Positions 18,721-29,134 are shown, counted from the first letter of the stretch. The stretch is DNA of 64,000 nucleotides from an uncultured Actinomycetes bacterium (GCA_947085035.1 CAMTUW010000018.1:53660-117659); one strand, 5' to 3'. Notes: generated from the sequence alone by a model not told the origin. Numbers and translations: made by a program.

Positions 18721-18990
18721 TTACCCGCGAATCCCGAGCTGGGCGATCACGGTGCGGTAGCGCTCGATGTCTGTCTTCTTGAGGTACGCGAGAAGACGAC
18801 GGCGCTGACCGACGAGCTTGAGCAGCCCGCGACGCGTGTGATGATCCTTCTTATGGATCTTGAGGTGCTCAGTGAGGTCCCGGATGCGCTGGGTGAGCAA
18901 GGCGACCTGTACTTCGGTCGAGCCGGTATCGCTCTCGCCTCGCTGGTACTCGCTGATGATCGTGGTCTTGACGTCCTTTTCAAGCGGCAT
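18721..18990 (-). CDS. rpsO: 30S ribosomal protein S15
   Basis: ORF 18721-19053. Start [24 protein letters not shown] at 18990 with [26 protein letters not shown]. Confidence 0.95.
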   Translation of the reverse strand: MPLEKDVKTTIISEYQRGESDTGSTEVQVALLTQRIRDLTEHLKIHKKDHHTRRGLLKLVGQRRRLLAYLKKTDIERYRTVIAQLGIRG

Positions 18991-19086
18991 ATCAGTTTCC
19001 ACCTTTCCGTGGATTACGCCCCGGTCCGGGATGGGCGATGGTGGATATCGCACCTCTCAGGCCGGGGTCGACGGCACAACCTGAGC
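18991..19086 (-). promoter_or_regulatory. Structured rpsO 5' leader, candidate S15 autoregulatory RNA
   Basis: CCCCGG...CCGGGG long-range helix. CCACC (19044-19040) is complementary to the SD GGTGG (19003-18999). A local CCAC-GGAAAG-GTGG hairpin lies over the SD. Confidence 0.3.
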
Positions 19087-19095
19087 AGTATATCA
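19087..19095 (-). promoter_or_regulatory. Candidate extended -10 promoter for rpsO (TGaTATACT)
   Basis: Minus strand reads TGATATACT just downstream of the ribF stop. It would give a ~95-nt leader. Confidence 0.4.
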
Positions 19096-19109
19096 CAGGT
19101 CGTGATCGC

Positions 19110-20387
19110 CTATCCTCGAAACGCGGAAAGCAGGTCGCGGGCCTCATCGGCGCGGTCCGGCGGCACCAGCAGAGTGAACACGCGCAGCCAGTTCAACTCG
19201 GGACGCGCAGACTGCGCCGATGACGGAGGAAACGGGTCCCAGACGAACGGCAGACCCACGCTGGACAGCCGCCCGGTGACGAGGGCCTCACTCAGGCCGC
19301 CGTCACGAAACAGCGAAGAGAGTCGTATCGGCCCAAAGACAACCACCCACGTATCGTTGTACTGGGCGTACGACGCGTCGTTCACGTTGGGCATCATCGC
19401 GACCGCGCGCTCCGCCGCTTCCAGCGCGAGTGGATCCTCGACGAACGGTACGCCCTCGTTGTCGAGATAGGCGGAATCAGGACTCACGCGAAGACCGGCG
19501 ATGCTGGCAGCGCGGGCCACGTCCGCAGCAATGGCTTCCCTGAGAGCCCATACGCTGGAGAATGCGCGTTGGTCACGGAGCCTCTCAAGAAAGCGTACCG
19601 ACAAGACGCAGTTGTCGAGATTCCCTTCGAAGCCGATGAGATGTGCTTCGAAGTAGTCGAGCGCATCCGTGAACGTGGGCGGTCTTCCCACAGAGACGGC
19701 CGACGGCCAGATTCCGCCATCGGGCGTGACAACGTGTCCGGCGTAGACACCGTCTGCCGGTAGGGCCGCGCCCGGAAACGGAGTCAGGTTCGCGGTTGGA
19801 AAGCCCAGCGCCCGTCCCCGTCCTTGCCCGGAGTGGACTGTTCCTTTCACGGAGTGTGGCCTGTCAAGCAAAGTGGCAGCGCGAGCGACATCGCCTGCGG
19901 CGACAAGAGCGCGAATCCGGCTCGATGTCACCGGTGTGCCCTCGACATGCACCAGCGGATGCGCGAAGACGTCGACACCTCGCTCAGCCGCCCACACGTA
20001 CAGATCGTCCAAGTCCCCTTGAGCGTGAGTTCCGAAGCGGAAATCCTCTCCCACGTGAATCGCTCGAATGTCTGCGGCAGAGGCGACTACCGAATTCAGG
20101 AAGGTGTCAGGAGACATCGTCAGGACAACGGGCGTGAACGGCACGATGAGCAACACGTCGATCCCGATGTCGGCAAGAGCGGCGAGACGTGTCTCATTGT
20201 CCATGAGGTGTGGCGCAGCAGCTTCAGGATGTGCGAGTTCGTCGGGGTCACGATCGAACGTGAGCGTCATCGCGAGGGTCGCCGTTCGTCTCGCATGGTC
20301 ATGGGCCGATTTCAAGAGCGCGCGATGTCCGAGGTGGACGCCATCGAACACGCCGATCGCAACCACTGCAGGTCCCACGGGCACCAT
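19110..20387 (-). CDS. ribF: Bifunctional riboflavin kinase / FAD synthetase with ~125-aa C-terminal extension
   Basis: ORF 19110-20501. ATG at 20387 (MVPVGPAVVAIGVFDGVHLGH), or GTG at 20417 overlapping the truB stop. GFPTANL kinase motif. The core ends near residue 300 of 425. Confidence 0.9.
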   Translation of the reverse strand: MVPVGPAVVAIGVFDGVHLGHRALLKSAHDHARRTATLAMTLTFDRDPDELAHPEAAAPHLMDNETRLAALADIGIDVLLIVPFTPVVLTMSPDTFLNSVVASAADIRAIHVGEDFRFGTHAQGDLDDLYVWAAERGVDVFAHPLVHVEGTPVTSSRIRALVAAGDVARAATLLDRPHSVKGTVHSGQGRGRALGFPTANLTPFPGAALPADGVYAGHVVTPDGGIWPSAVSVGRPPTFTDALDYFEAHLIGFEGNLDNCVLSVRFLERLRDQRAFSSVWALREAIAADVARAASIAGLRVSPDSAYLDNEGVPFVEDPLALEAAERAVAMMPNVNDASYAQYNDTWVVVFGPIRLSSLFRDGGLSEALVTGRLSSVGLPFVWDPFPPSSAQSARPELNWLRVFTLLVPPDRADEARDLLSAFRG

Positions 20388-20413
20388 GTCGGGAGTCCAT
20401 GTACGTATCGACG

Positions 20414-21340
20414 TCACGACAACGCGCTTTCGGAAACACTCGTGTGCGGGAACACGGTGGCTGGGACAAACCATTCGCCGTCCAGAGTGTATATGGCGCA
20501 CAGTTGGCCGTCACAGGAAACGGCGATGAACGCGCCTTGGTCGAGATTGGTAAGAGATGCGGGAATCGGGCGTCCCGTGAACACCATGCGGGCCTCTCCG
20601 TCAACGACAGGCAACCCGAGGGCGGCCAGCGGGTCGATGAACAAGGATTTGGGGTCCCGGGTGGCCTCGATGTGTTCTAGGGTGACAGCCTGCGCGATAC
20701 TCAGCGACCCACTGGCGGTGCGACGCAACGCCGACAGATGCGCGACAGAGCCTACCGCGGGTCCGAGGTCACGAGCGATTCCACGTATGTATGTCCCTTT
20801 CGAGACGATGAACGAGACGTCCCACGAAGGCGGCTCGGCCACCAGACCCATCAGGTCGGCTGCCGACACGGTGATCTGACGAGGTGACAGTTCGATCTCG
20901 CCGCCGGCGCGAGCGACGCGGTGCGCGGTTCGTCCGGCAACTTTGATTGCGGAGTACTGCGGCGGAGTCTGCAATGACTCGCCAAGCAACCGCGAAAGAG
21001 CCAACGAGGCGAACTTCTCGTCGTGGACGCCTGATGGGACTGCCGCTTCCTCGGTGGTGACGCCTTCGGCATCGTCTGTCGAGGTTGCTCGACCGAAGGC
21101 GATCCGCGCATCGTATGCCTTGTCCGCGCGCGAGAGGTACGGCTCAAGACGGGTGTAGGGTCCGACCAGCACAACCAGAAGGCCGGTTGCCATAGGGTCC
21201 AATGTGCCCGCATGACCGACTCGCCGCTCACCGGTGACTCTACGCACGCGTGCGACTACATCGTGACTCGTGAGACCTCGTGGCTTATCGACGAGCAGGA
21301 TTCCCCTGAGCGTGGTGGCGCCTCTTCGCGGTGCGCTCAC
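20414..21340 (-). CDS. truB: tRNA pseudouridine(55) synthase
   Basis: 308 aa. GILLVDKPRGLTSHDVV, GHAGTLDPMATGLLVV. GTG start overlaps the nrnA stop (GTGA). Confidence 0.9.
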   Translation of the reverse strand: MSAPRRGATTLRGILLVDKPRGLTSHDVVARVRRVTGERRVGHAGTLDPMATGLLVVLVGPYTRLEPYLSRADKAYDARIAFGRATSTDDAEGVTTEEAAVPSGVHDEKFASLALSRLLGESLQTPPQYSAIKVAGRTAHRVARAGGEIELSPRQITVSAADLMGLVAEPPSWDVSFIVSKGTYIRGIARDLGPAVGSVAHLSALRRTASGSLSIAQAVTLEHIEATRDPKSLFIDPLAALGLPVVDGEARMVFTGRPIPASLTNLDQGAFIAVSCDGQLCAIYTLDGEWFVPATVFPHTSVSESALS

Positions 21341-22305
21341 TCGATACCTCCGGCAGGAAGGAGTGGAAGCAGTCGAGCGAGAACATCGGTGACTGACGAG
21401 TCAGCGACGGTGAATCCGGCAGCAGCGCGGTGTCCGCCGCCATCGAACGCACGAGCCACGGTTGCGACGTCAGCGCCTGACTTGGCACGCAGATTACCGC
21501 GTACCTCGCTTCCCTTCTGCCGCAGCAAGACGACGACATCCACGCGCTCCAATGCGCGCACTGCGTCCACGACATGTTCGGCCTCTTCAGGGCGAGCCCC
21601 GGTCTCAAGGAAGTCGGCATCATCCAGATACGTCCACGCGACACGACCGCCGTTTGCAAGCGTCAGTCGTGACAACGCGCGGGCTTCGATCTCGAGTGAG
21701 GCCGAGGAGCGTTCCTGGTACACCATTCGGGCTGCGTAGGCCGGGTCGAGCCCGACGTCAAGCATGTCGGCAGCGTCTCGAAGCGCACGCGCGGTCGTGT
21801 TGCCGTATCCGAAACGGCCGGTATCGGTCATCAAGGCGACATAGAGCGGAAGCGTGATGTCCGGCGTGGGCTTGACGTCCAAAGCGGTCAGGAACTGCCA
21901 CACCATCTGACCCGTGGCCGCCATCGAGGAGTCGAAGACGCATACGTGACCGAACTCGATGGCGTCAGGGTGATGGTCGAAGGCGACTACGGTTCCTGCG
22001 CCCTCCATCAATGAGCGAGCCACGCCCAACCGATCGGGCACTGGTGTGTCGAGGGCGACGAATGCGTCCGGCGTATCGAGTTCGGACGCCGGGACGTAGA
22101 GCGAGTGCCCCGGCAGAAACGAGTACGTGGTTGGCGCCTCTCGCTCGTCTGCAAGGGTTGGCACCGCCGCTATGCCGGCAGCCCGCAGCGCGAGCGTCAT
22201 GCCGAGCACAGACCCGACAGCATCACCGTCGGGTCTGACGTGAGCGCACACGACCACAGAGGCCGCCTTGCGAAGAGCTGTGGCTGCTCGATGGTACGGC
22301 AGCAC
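21337..22305 (-). CDS. nrnA: DHH/DHHA1 phosphoesterase (NrnA-type oligoribonuclease/pAp phosphatase)
   Basis: ORF 21337-22527. Preferred GTG start at 22305, 10 nt after the rbfA stop and preceded by GGGGA. HVRPDGDAVGS, AFDHHPD, FDGGGHRAAAG. Confidence 0.8.
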   Translation of the reverse strand: MLPYHRAATALRKAASVVVCAHVRPDGDAVGSVLGMTLALRAAGIAAVPTLADEREAPTTYSFLPGHSLYVPASELDTPDAFVALDTPVPDRLGVARSLMEGAGTVVAFDHHPDAIEFGHVCVFDSSMAATGQMVWQFLTALDVKPTPDITLPLYVALMTDTGRFGYGNTTARALRDAADMLDVGLDPAYAARMVYQERSSASLEIEARALSRLTLANGGRVAWTYLDDADFLETGARPEEAEHVVDAVRALERVDVVVLLRQKGSEVRGNLRAKSGADVATVARAFDGGGHRAAAGFTVADSSVTDVLARLLPLLPAGGIE

Positions 22306-22315
22306 GCGGGATCCC

Positions 22316-22702
22316 CTACTCGTCCTCGGGCACGCTGGGCTCAGCGCCTGGTCCGTCAATGAGCGTGGGAGGAACGTTGCCGAGCGCCACAGCGATGCGC
22401 TCGCTCTCGTCCACGCTCCCGTCGATGAAGAACCGCAGCTCAGGCGAGACTCGCCACCCAAGACGATGGCCCAGCTTGGCTCGAATGCGGCCCTTCGCCG
22501 ATTCAAGACCGCTGAGAACCTCATCATAGGATTCAGGTGCGGCTGAGACGTAGACGCTCGCTACGCTCTTGTCCGGACTCACCCTGGCACCAGTGATGGT
22601 GACCAGAGTGAGTCGCGGATCTGAGATGTCGACAGCGACTATCGAGGCGACGATTTCTCGCACCTGCTCGTCACTTTTGCGTCCGAAGGACTCCCGACTC
22701 AT
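22316..22702 (-). CDS. rbfA: Ribosome-binding factor A
   Basis: ORF 22316-22807. Start MSRESFGRKSDEQVREIVASIV at 22702, 14 nt after the infB stop. VTITGARVSPDKSVASVYV. Confidence 0.85.
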   Translation of the reverse strand: MSRESFGRKSDEQVREIVASIVAVDISDPRLTLVTITGARVSPDKSVASVYVSAAPESYDEVLSGLESAKGRIRAKLGHRLGWRVSPELRFFIDGSVDESERIAVALGNVPPTLIDGPGAEPSVPEDE

Positions 22703-22716
22703 ATCCGTGCCCCGTC

Positions 22717-25275
22717 TTACGCTTCGCGGGCGACTTCGATGGTGCGGAAGCCCTCGATGATGTCGCCCTCCTTGAGGTCCTGGAAGTTCTCGATATTGAT
22801 TCCGCATTCGTAGCCCTGCTTGACGCTCTTGACGTCTTCCTTGAATCGGCGAAGTGAGGCCATCTTGCCCTCGAACACGATCGTCCCTTCGCGAACGATG
22901 CGAATCTGGTCGTCTCGGGTGATCTCGCCACTTTGAACATAACAGCCTGCGATGACACCGGCTTTCGGTACGCGGAAGAGTTCGCGGATCTCGATGTGCG
23001 CGGTGTCTTGTTCAACGACGTCTGGCGCAAGCAGTCCCACCCGTGCCGCGTTGATCTCCTCGATGGCCTGGTAGATGACGCGATAGAGGCGGATGTCGAC
23101 CCCTTCACGATCAGCAAGCGACTTCGCCGCGGGAGCGGGCCGCACGTTGAAGCCGATGATGATCGCATCAGAGGCGTCGGCGAGCATCACGTCTGACTCG
23201 GTGATGCCTCCGACAGCGCTATGAATGACATTGATTCGGACTTCGCTCTGGTCCATCTTGTCGAGCGCGTCTTTGAGGGCTTCGATCGACCCTTGGACGT
23301 CCGCCTTCACGACCAGGTTGAGGTCCCTCAGCTGACCTTCCTCGATTCGGGCGAAGAGGTCGTCGAGAGTCACATGCTTCTTGGTGGCCGCCTGCTGGCG
23401 AAGGCGCTGCTTCAGGGCACGCTCCTCCGCGCAGTTGCGCGCATCGCGCTCATCGGCGAACACGCGGAACTCGTCACCGGCACTCGGTACGCTTGCGAGG
23501 CCCAGGACCTCGACGGGATCGGCGGGTCCTGCCACCTTGGAGTTCAGCCCACTTGGGCTCACGAGTGCGCGAACGCGACCATGAGCGGTGCCCGCGACGA
23601 TCGCGTCTCCAACGCGCAGCGTTCCACGCTGGACAAGCACAGTCGCGACGGGGCCGCGACCCTTGTCGAGATTCGCCTCGATGACAACGCCGGAGGCGTG
23701 TGCGGAGGAGTTCGCCGTGAGCTCGAGAACGTCGGCTTGAAGCAATACCATCTCGAGCAAGTCATCGATGTGAAGGCGCTGCTTGGCGCTCACGTTGACG
23801 AAGATGTTGGAGCCGCCCCAATCCTCGGGAACGATTTCGTGCTCGGTCAACATCTGCTTGACCTGCTCGGGGTTCGCTCCGTCCTTGTCGATCTTGTTGA
23901 CGGCCACGATGATCGGCACGCCGGCCGCCTTGGCGTGGTGGATCGCTTCGATGGTCTGAGGCATGACGCCGTCGTCGGCAGCAACAACCAGAATGACGAT
24001 GTCGGTGATGTTCGCACCACGGGCGCGCATGGCCGTGAAAGCCTCGTGGCCGGGTGTGTCGATGAAGGTGATGGAGCGGTCGTTCTTGACGACGACCGAG
24101 GCACCGATATGCTGCGTGATTCCGCCCGCTTCCGTGGCAGCGACGCCGGTCTCCCGGATCGCGTCGAGCAGTGAGGTCTTGCCATGGTCGACGTGACCCA
24201 TGACCGTGACGACCGGCGGGCGCGTGGTGAGGTCTTCCGGATTGTCCACGAACGACCAGCCGGCTTCCTCTTCAGGCTTGATGACCCTGACCTCTCGGCC
24301 CAGATCCTCGCCGATGATCTCGATGGTCTCGCGCATCATGGGCTGGTTGACCGTCAAAGCGGCACCCAGCATGAACAGTCGCTTGATGATGTCGTTGGAG
24401 GCGACATCGAGCAGCTCGGCGAACTCGGCTACGGTGACGCCCTCGGTCACGCTGATCGCCTCACCTCCGACCGGGAAGTCTACCTGGGTGGCATCTTCGT
24501 GATGGCGAGCGGCCTCCGCCTCTTCCCCGGTCTTCTTGTGCTTCTTCTTCTTTCGGCGACCACCGTCAACTGCTGCTGCGGCTGCCACGGCGGCTTTGGC
24601 CTCGTCGATGACCTTGGTGCGCTGGGACTGTTCCGCCTCGGCGGCCATGCGCTTGTAGCGCTCGGCCTCCTCTTTCTCAAGTACGGTGGCGCGTTCGGAC
24701 TCCAAGCGCGTCTTCTCAGCGTCGATGGCGATCTCCAGAGGAGAACGGGCGTCAGCAGAGTCGACGACGTCATCGACGACCTGCGTCGTGACCGGCGCTG
24801 GCTTCTCGATGACTGGCGAGGATTCCGCGACCGCCTCGGCCATGACTTCGAGTTGCGCTCGAGCATCGAACGTCTCGGCGTGCTGGCGTGACTCCTCCTC
24901 CGCCGCCGCGCGGACGCGAGCGGCCTCCTCGAGGCGTCTTTGCTCCTCCTCGCGAATGCGCCGTTCATCCTCGCGAGCCTTGCGTTCGACCTCTTCGGCC
25001 TTGCGACGAGTCTCCTCTTCAGACTTGCGGCGTGCCTCCTCGTCGGCCCGCTTGGCTGCATCGGCTGCCTCTGCTGCCGCGCGTTCGGCCTCGATCTGCG
25101 CCTGGCGCTCGGCGATTTCTGGCCCGAGCTCCTTGCGGATCTTGTCGACGTACGCTTCAACGAGTGTGGAGGCGTGGTTCTTTGCCGGGATCCTCATTGC
25201 CAGGAGCCGGTCGAGCAGCTCCTTGCTGGACATCCCGAACTCTTTGGCAAGCTCGTGGACTCTCATGGCGGACAT
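22717..25275 (-). CDS. infB: Translation initiation factor IF-2
   Basis: 852 aa. [18 protein letters not shown], charged E/R/A-rich linker, G domain [12 protein letters not shown] / DTPGHEAF / NKIDK. Confidence 0.95.
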   Translation of the reverse strand: MSAMRVHELAKEFGMSSKELLDRLLAMRIPAKNHASTLVEAYVDKIRKELGPEIAERQAQIEAERAAAEAADAAKRADEEARRKSEEETRRKAEEVERKAREDERRIREEEQRRLEEAARVRAAAEEESRQHAETFDARAQLEVMAEAVAESSPVIEKPAPVTTQVVDDVVDSADARSPLEIAIDAEKTRLESERATVLEKEEAERYKRMAAEAEQSQRTKVIDEAKAAVAAAAAVDGGRRKKKKHKKTGEEAEAARHHEDATQVDFPVGGEAISVTEGVTVAEFAELLDVASNDIIKRLFMLGAALTVNQPMMRETIEIIGEDLGREVRVIKPEEEAGWSFVDNPEDLTTRPPVVTVMGHVDHGKTSLLDAIRETGVAATEAGGITQHIGASVVVKNDRSITFIDTPGHEAFTAMRARGANITDIVILVVAADDGVMPQTIEAIHHAKAAGVPIIVAVNKIDKDGANPEQVKQMLTEHEIVPEDWGGSNIFVNVSAKQRLHIDDLLEMVLLQADVLELTANSSAHASGVVIEANLDKGRGPVATVLVQRGTLRVGDAIVAGTAHGRVRALVSPSGLNSKVAGPADPVEVLGLASVPSAGDEFRVFADERDARNCAEERALKQRLRQQAATKKHVTLDDLFARIEEGQLRDLNLVVKADVQGSIEALKDALDKMDQSEVRINVIHSAVGGITESDVMLADASDAIIIGFNVRPAPAAKSLADREGVDIRLYRVIYQAIEEINAARVGLLAPDVVEQDTAHIEIRELFRVPKAGVIAGCYVQSGEITRDDQIRIVREGTIVFEGKMASLRRFKEDVKSVKQGYECGINIENFQDLKEGDIIEGFRTIEVAREA

Positions 25276-25284
25276 GTGGTGCGG

Positions 25285-25581
25285 TCACTCTCCCTGGATC
25301 GAGACCTGCTCAGCAAGCAGTTGCTCGAAATCGCGTCTCAGTCGTGCGTAGTCATCATCTTGGAGGTTCACCCGAAGCGCCGAATCGAGACGCCTTCGCT
25401 TCGCGACCATCTCGAAGCAGTCCGGGTTCGCGCACAGGTACGCGCCACGCCCGTTGGCCTTGCTGGAAACATCGATCTCCACATGGCCCTCCGGAGTCCG
25501 AACGATCCGTACGAACCGCCGTTTGTCCGAAGACGTACGGCAGCCGACACAGGAGCGCGTGGATACCTTGCGCGGCTTCAT
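25285..25581 (-). CDS. ylxR: YlxR/RnpM family (DUF448) RNA-binding protein
   Basis: ORF 25285-25584. ATG at 25581 overlaps the nusA stop (TGATG). RSCVGCR...GRGAYLC motif. Confidence 0.85.
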   Translation of the reverse strand: MKPRKVSTRSCVGCRTSSDKRRFVRIVRTPEGHVEIDVSSKANGRGAYLCANPDCFEMVAKRRRLDSALRVNLQDDDYARLRRDFEQLLAEQVSIQGE

Positions 25582-26741
25582 CACTCGGCGGCAGCCTCCT
25601 TCTCGTGCAGACCGCAGAACATCGTCCCTTCGTGAGACTTGTTGCGGCAGCGAACGCCGGTTGACGTGAGCGCACAGCAGCGACCGTCAGACTCCACGCC
25701 GGTCTCGTCGGTATGTGAGGAGGAGCCGACAAGTCCTTGCTGCAACGCGATGGCGGAGCTCTTGATGTCGATGCGCCAGCCGGTGAGCTTAGCCGCGAGG
25801 CGCGCGTTCTGGCCTTCTTTGCCGATGGCCAGCGAAAGCTGGTCGTCGGGCACTACGACGGTCGCGGTGTGGGTGTTCTCGTCGATCAGAACGCGATCGA
25901 CCTTCGCGGGCGAAAGCGCGCTGGCGACGTATGCCGCAGGCTCTTCGTTCCAAGGAATGACGTCGATGCGCTCACCGCGCAGCTCGCCAACGACCATGCG
26001 GACGCGGCTGCCCTTCGGTCCCACGCACGCGCCAACCGGATCGAGACCGGATTCCCGGCTCGAGACGGCGACTTTGCTGCGCGCGCCGGGCTCTCGTGCC
26101 ACGCTCTTGATCTCGACGATGCCATCGTAGACCTCAGGCACCTCGATCTCGAAGAGACGTCGGATGAGTCCGGGATGTGTGCGAGAGACGACGATCGAGG
26201 GTTCGTTGCCCTGGCCCTTGCGAACGTCGGTGATGTAGGCCTTTATACGCTCGTTGTGGTTGTAGCGCTCGTTGGGCGGCTGCTCTTTGGGAGGGAGCAG
26301 GGCCTCGACGCCCTCACGCAGCTTGATGAGCGTGTAGTTCGACACCGACTGCTGGATGGTGCCGGTCACCGACTCACCGATGCGGTCGACGTACTCCTCG
26401 AAGATCCGCTCGCGCTCGGCGTCACGGATGATGCTGGTGATGACGCTCTTGGCGTTGTGGGCGGCGATACGGCTCACATCCGCAGGCGTCACGTCACGCT
26501 CTTCGTGGGACTCGGGCTCCCCCGTCTCAGGATCGAGTTCACCGACCGGGACTCTCTCGTAGACGTAGATATGGCCGGTCTCACGGTCGATGGTGACGCG
26601 AGCGCCGAACTCCAGGTCAAGGATTCGCTCGTAGGTCGACGCCAAGGACTGCTCGAGCTTGTCGAGCATGTCGTACTCGTCGATGCCCTTTTCCTGTGCA
26701 AGAAGCCTGAGAGCCTCCATGACGTTTCCGTCAGCGCTCAT
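25581..26741 (-). CDS. nusA: Transcription termination/antitermination factor NusA with Cys-rich C-terminal tail
   Basis: 386 aa. N-terminal domain, S1, KH1/KH2 ([18 protein letters not shown]). The tail ends [28 protein letters not shown]. Confidence 0.95.
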   Translation of the reverse strand: MSADGNVMEALRLLAQEKGIDEYDMLDKLEQSLASTYERILDLEFGARVTIDRETGHIYVYERVPVGELDPETGEPESHEERDVTPADVSRIAAHNAKSVITSIIRDAERERIFEEYVDRIGESVTGTIQQSVSNYTLIKLREGVEALLPPKEQPPNERYNHNERIKAYITDVRKGQGNEPSIVVSRTHPGLIRRLFEIEVPEVYDGIVEIKSVAREPGARSKVAVSSRESGLDPVGACVGPKGSRVRMVVGELRGERIDVIPWNEEPAAYVASALSPAKVDRVLIDENTHTATVVVPDDQLSLAIGKEGQNARLAAKLTGWRIDIKSSAIALQQGLVGSSSHTDETGVESDGRCCALTSTGVRCRNKSHEGTMFCGLHEKEAAAE

Positions 26742-27230
26742 CTATTCACCGCACCTTTCCCGGTTGAAGTCCACAACGCCTTTGAGGCGTGCTTTGACGA
26801 TTCGGTCGTACTCGATCTCGACGCGCTCACCGTCTACCTCGACAAGAACCAGCTCGCCGTCCACACCGAGCAGAGTCCCTGTCCATGTGTGGCGCCTGTC
26901 GTCACCAGCTTTGGCCTTGATGGTGACCTTCTCGCCAGTGAAACGCTCGAAATCGATGAGTTTGTGAAGAGGCCGATCAATTCCGGGCGAAGAGACCTCG
27001 AGGGTGAATGGGCCACTCAACGCGCTCACGTCTTCGAGCGCCTCAGAGACCCATACGTTCGCGGCGCAGATCACGTCGATGCCGAGACCGTTCTCACAGT
27101 CGAGCAGAACGCGGATGATCGGGCTCGCTCGCCCGCCGACTTGCTCCACGGCCACGAGTTCGAAGCCGTGACTGGCTGCGACCGGCTCGAGGATCTCTGT
27201 CAAAGCGCGTGCGGTGTCTGTAATGGCCAT
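26742..27230 (-). CDS. rimP: Ribosome maturation factor RimP
   Basis: ORF 26742-27260. Start MAITDTARALTEILEPVAASHGFELVAVE at 27230. LEVSSPGIDRPL motif. Confidence 0.85.
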   Translation of the reverse strand: MAITDTARALTEILEPVAASHGFELVAVEQVGGRASPIIRVLLDCENGLGIDVICAANVWVSEALEDVSALSGPFTLEVSSPGIDRPLHKLIDFERFTGEKVTIKAKAGDDRRHTWTGTLLGVDGELVLVEVDGERVEIEYDRIVKARLKGVVDFNRERCGE

Positions 27231-27316
27231 CTGCCGGTCACCTCCAAGTCCACAGAACAAAAGAAGCGAGCGTCAGCCCACTTCTCGCGAGTGCGGTCAA
27301 ATTCACGAACGTGGCG

Positions 27317-27344
27317 ATTCTATCACAAGGCGAAGCATGGTCAA
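27317..27344 (-). promoter_or_regulatory. rimP-nusA-infB operon promoter: -35 TTGACC, 16-nt spacer, extended -10 TGaTAGAAT
   Basis: Read on the minus strand in the 136-nt proS-rimP gap. A short GC hairpin plus U5 run from the proS end abuts the -35. Confidence 0.6.
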
Positions 27345-27366
27345 AAACGCGCTCGCGCGAAGGGGA

Positions 27367-29091
27367 TCAGGAGAACAGCGCGCGCTGAGTGATGACAGCT
27401 TCGGTGATCAGCTCGGGCGCCTCGTCCAGCGGAAGCATCAAGCGCTCACCGCTGGCACGTATCTTGAACTCGACGACGCCTTCGGCAAGCCCCTTCTTCC
27501 CCACGACGACTTGAAAAGGCCATCCGATGAGGTCGGCGTCTTTGAACTTGACCCCGGGGCGCTCATCGCGGTCATCGAGAATGACTTCAACGCCTGAGGA
27601 CGCGAGCTCGCGCCACAGCTTCTCTGCAACCGAGACGATCTCGCCATCGGTCGCCAGTGGCAGTACTGCGACTTCGAGGGGCGCGACTGAGACTGGCCAG
27701 ACGATACCGTGCTCATCGTTGTGCTGCTCGATGACGGCGGCCAACGAGCGCGAGATGCCGACTCCGTAGCAACCCATGAGGAACGGACGTTCCTCGCCAG
27801 CCTCGTCAGTGAAGGAGGCACCCATGGACTCGGAGTACTTGGTGCCCAACTGAAACACCTGGGACACCTCGATGCCCCGGGCTCCTTCAAGCGTGCCTCG
27901 GCACTCCGGGCACCCGTCGCCCGGCTGGGCGACAATGAGGTCGGCCCACGAGTCGACCGCAAAATCCCGGCCCGGCATCGCGCCGAGCAGGTGGAAATCA
28001 TCCTCGTTGGCCCCGACTCCCCAGGCCACCTCGTCACGCAGGGAGAGATCGGCGACGATGAGGGTGCCTTCCGGTGTCGAGACCGGTCCGAGCGAACCCT
28101 TGGGAAGCCGGTGAGTGTCAAAGTCCTCCTCGGCGAGAAGTTCGACACCGGGAACCGCTCGAGCGGCCTTCAGCGGATTGAGCTCGCGGTCTCCCGGCAG
28201 GCAGAAGAAGACCAGTCGCCCGTCGGTCGTCTTGGCGGCCATGGTCTTGACCGTATCGTGCGCTGAGATGCCGAGTGCAGTGGCGAGATCGGCGATCGTC
28301 CGCACGCGAGGAGTATGGATCCTCTCGATATCTCGGGGCTTCGTGACCGCAGGCGTGCGTAGAATCAACGTCTCTGCGGCTTCAACGTTGGCGGCGTAGC
28401 CACAGGCGCAGTAGACGAGAGCGGCCTCTCCGGCTTCAGCGAGCGCCATGAACTCCGTGGTGACGCTTCCGCCGATCTGGCCTGAATCGGCAGCTACCGG
28501 ACGGTAGTCCAAGTTCAGCCGCTCGCATATACGGCCGTATGCGCGCGCCTGTTCGTCATAGTGTTCCTGCAGCGACTCCTGTGTCGCGTGGAACGAGTAG
28601 GCGTCCTTCATGATGAACTCGCGACCTCGCAGGAGTCCGAAGCGCGGGCGGACCTCATCGCGAAACTTCATGTTGATCTGATAAAGCGATACAGGCAGGT
28701 CACGGTAGCTGCGTAACTCGCTTCGCACGAGAGCCGTGATGATCTCCTCGTGGGTGGGCCCGAGACAGAACTCCCGTCCATGACGGTCGCGAAGTCGAGC
28801 GAGCTCAGGGCCGTACACGTCCCACCTGCCCGACTCACGCCAAAGCTCGGCGGGTTGCACGATGGGCAGGAGCAGTTCTTGGCTGCCGATCGCGTTCATC
28901 TCCTCGCGGACGATCGCTTCGATCTTGGCGAGAGCGCGCAATCCGAGTGGCAGAAACGAGTAGATCCCGCTCGCTGTCTTTCGGATCATCCCCGCGCGTA
29001 GAAGCAATCGATGGCTGGCGAGTTCCGCTTCTGTCGGATCCTCTTTGAGCGTGGGAGCGTAGACCTTGGACAGTCGCAGTGCGTCGGCCAT
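27367..29091 (-). CDS. proS: Proline--tRNA ligase (bacterial type with INS editing domain)
   Basis: 574 aa. YAPTLKEDPTEAELASHRLLLRAGMIRK, motif 2 FRDEVRPRFGLLRGREFIMKDAYSF. Confidence 0.95.
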   Translation of the reverse strand: MADALRLSKVYAPTLKEDPTEAELASHRLLLRAGMIRKTASGIYSFLPLGLRALAKIEAIVREEMNAIGSQELLLPIVQPAELWRESGRWDVYGPELARLRDRHGREFCLGPTHEEIITALVRSELRSYRDLPVSLYQINMKFRDEVRPRFGLLRGREFIMKDAYSFHATQESLQEHYDEQARAYGRICERLNLDYRPVAADSGQIGGSVTTEFMALAEAGEAALVYCACGYAANVEAAETLILRTPAVTKPRDIERIHTPRVRTIADLATALGISAHDTVKTMAAKTTDGRLVFFCLPGDRELNPLKAARAVPGVELLAEEDFDTHRLPKGSLGPVSTPEGTLIVADLSLRDEVAWGVGANEDDFHLLGAMPGRDFAVDSWADLIVAQPGDGCPECRGTLEGARGIEVSQVFQLGTKYSESMGASFTDEAGEERPFLMGCYGVGISRSLAAVIEQHNDEHGIVWPVSVAPLEVAVLPLATDGEIVSVAEKLWRELASSGVEVILDDRDERPGVKFKDADLIGWPFQVVVGKKGLAEGVVEFKIRASGERLMLPLDEAPELITEAVITQRALFS

Positions 29092-29134
29092 GAAAGCGTC
29101 TCCTCTGAAGTGCGCGGGTGCTTACGAAAGGATA

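Noticed and set aside
24480-25351. Overlapping ORFs of 226 aa (minus) and 221 aa (plus) within the infB 5' region
   Set aside because: They are by-products of the highly charged, low-complexity E/R/A-rich IF-2 linker, which stays open in several frames. The IF-2 frame is continuous with the conserved N-terminus and G domain.
25737-27392. 551-aa plus-strand ORF, the longest unassigned ORF in the track
   Set aside because: It is entirely antisense to nusA and rimP, which carry clear conserved motifs. The product is Arg/Asp/Gly/Leu/Val-rich with no recognizable motif. It is a typical shadow ORF of a high-GC coding region.
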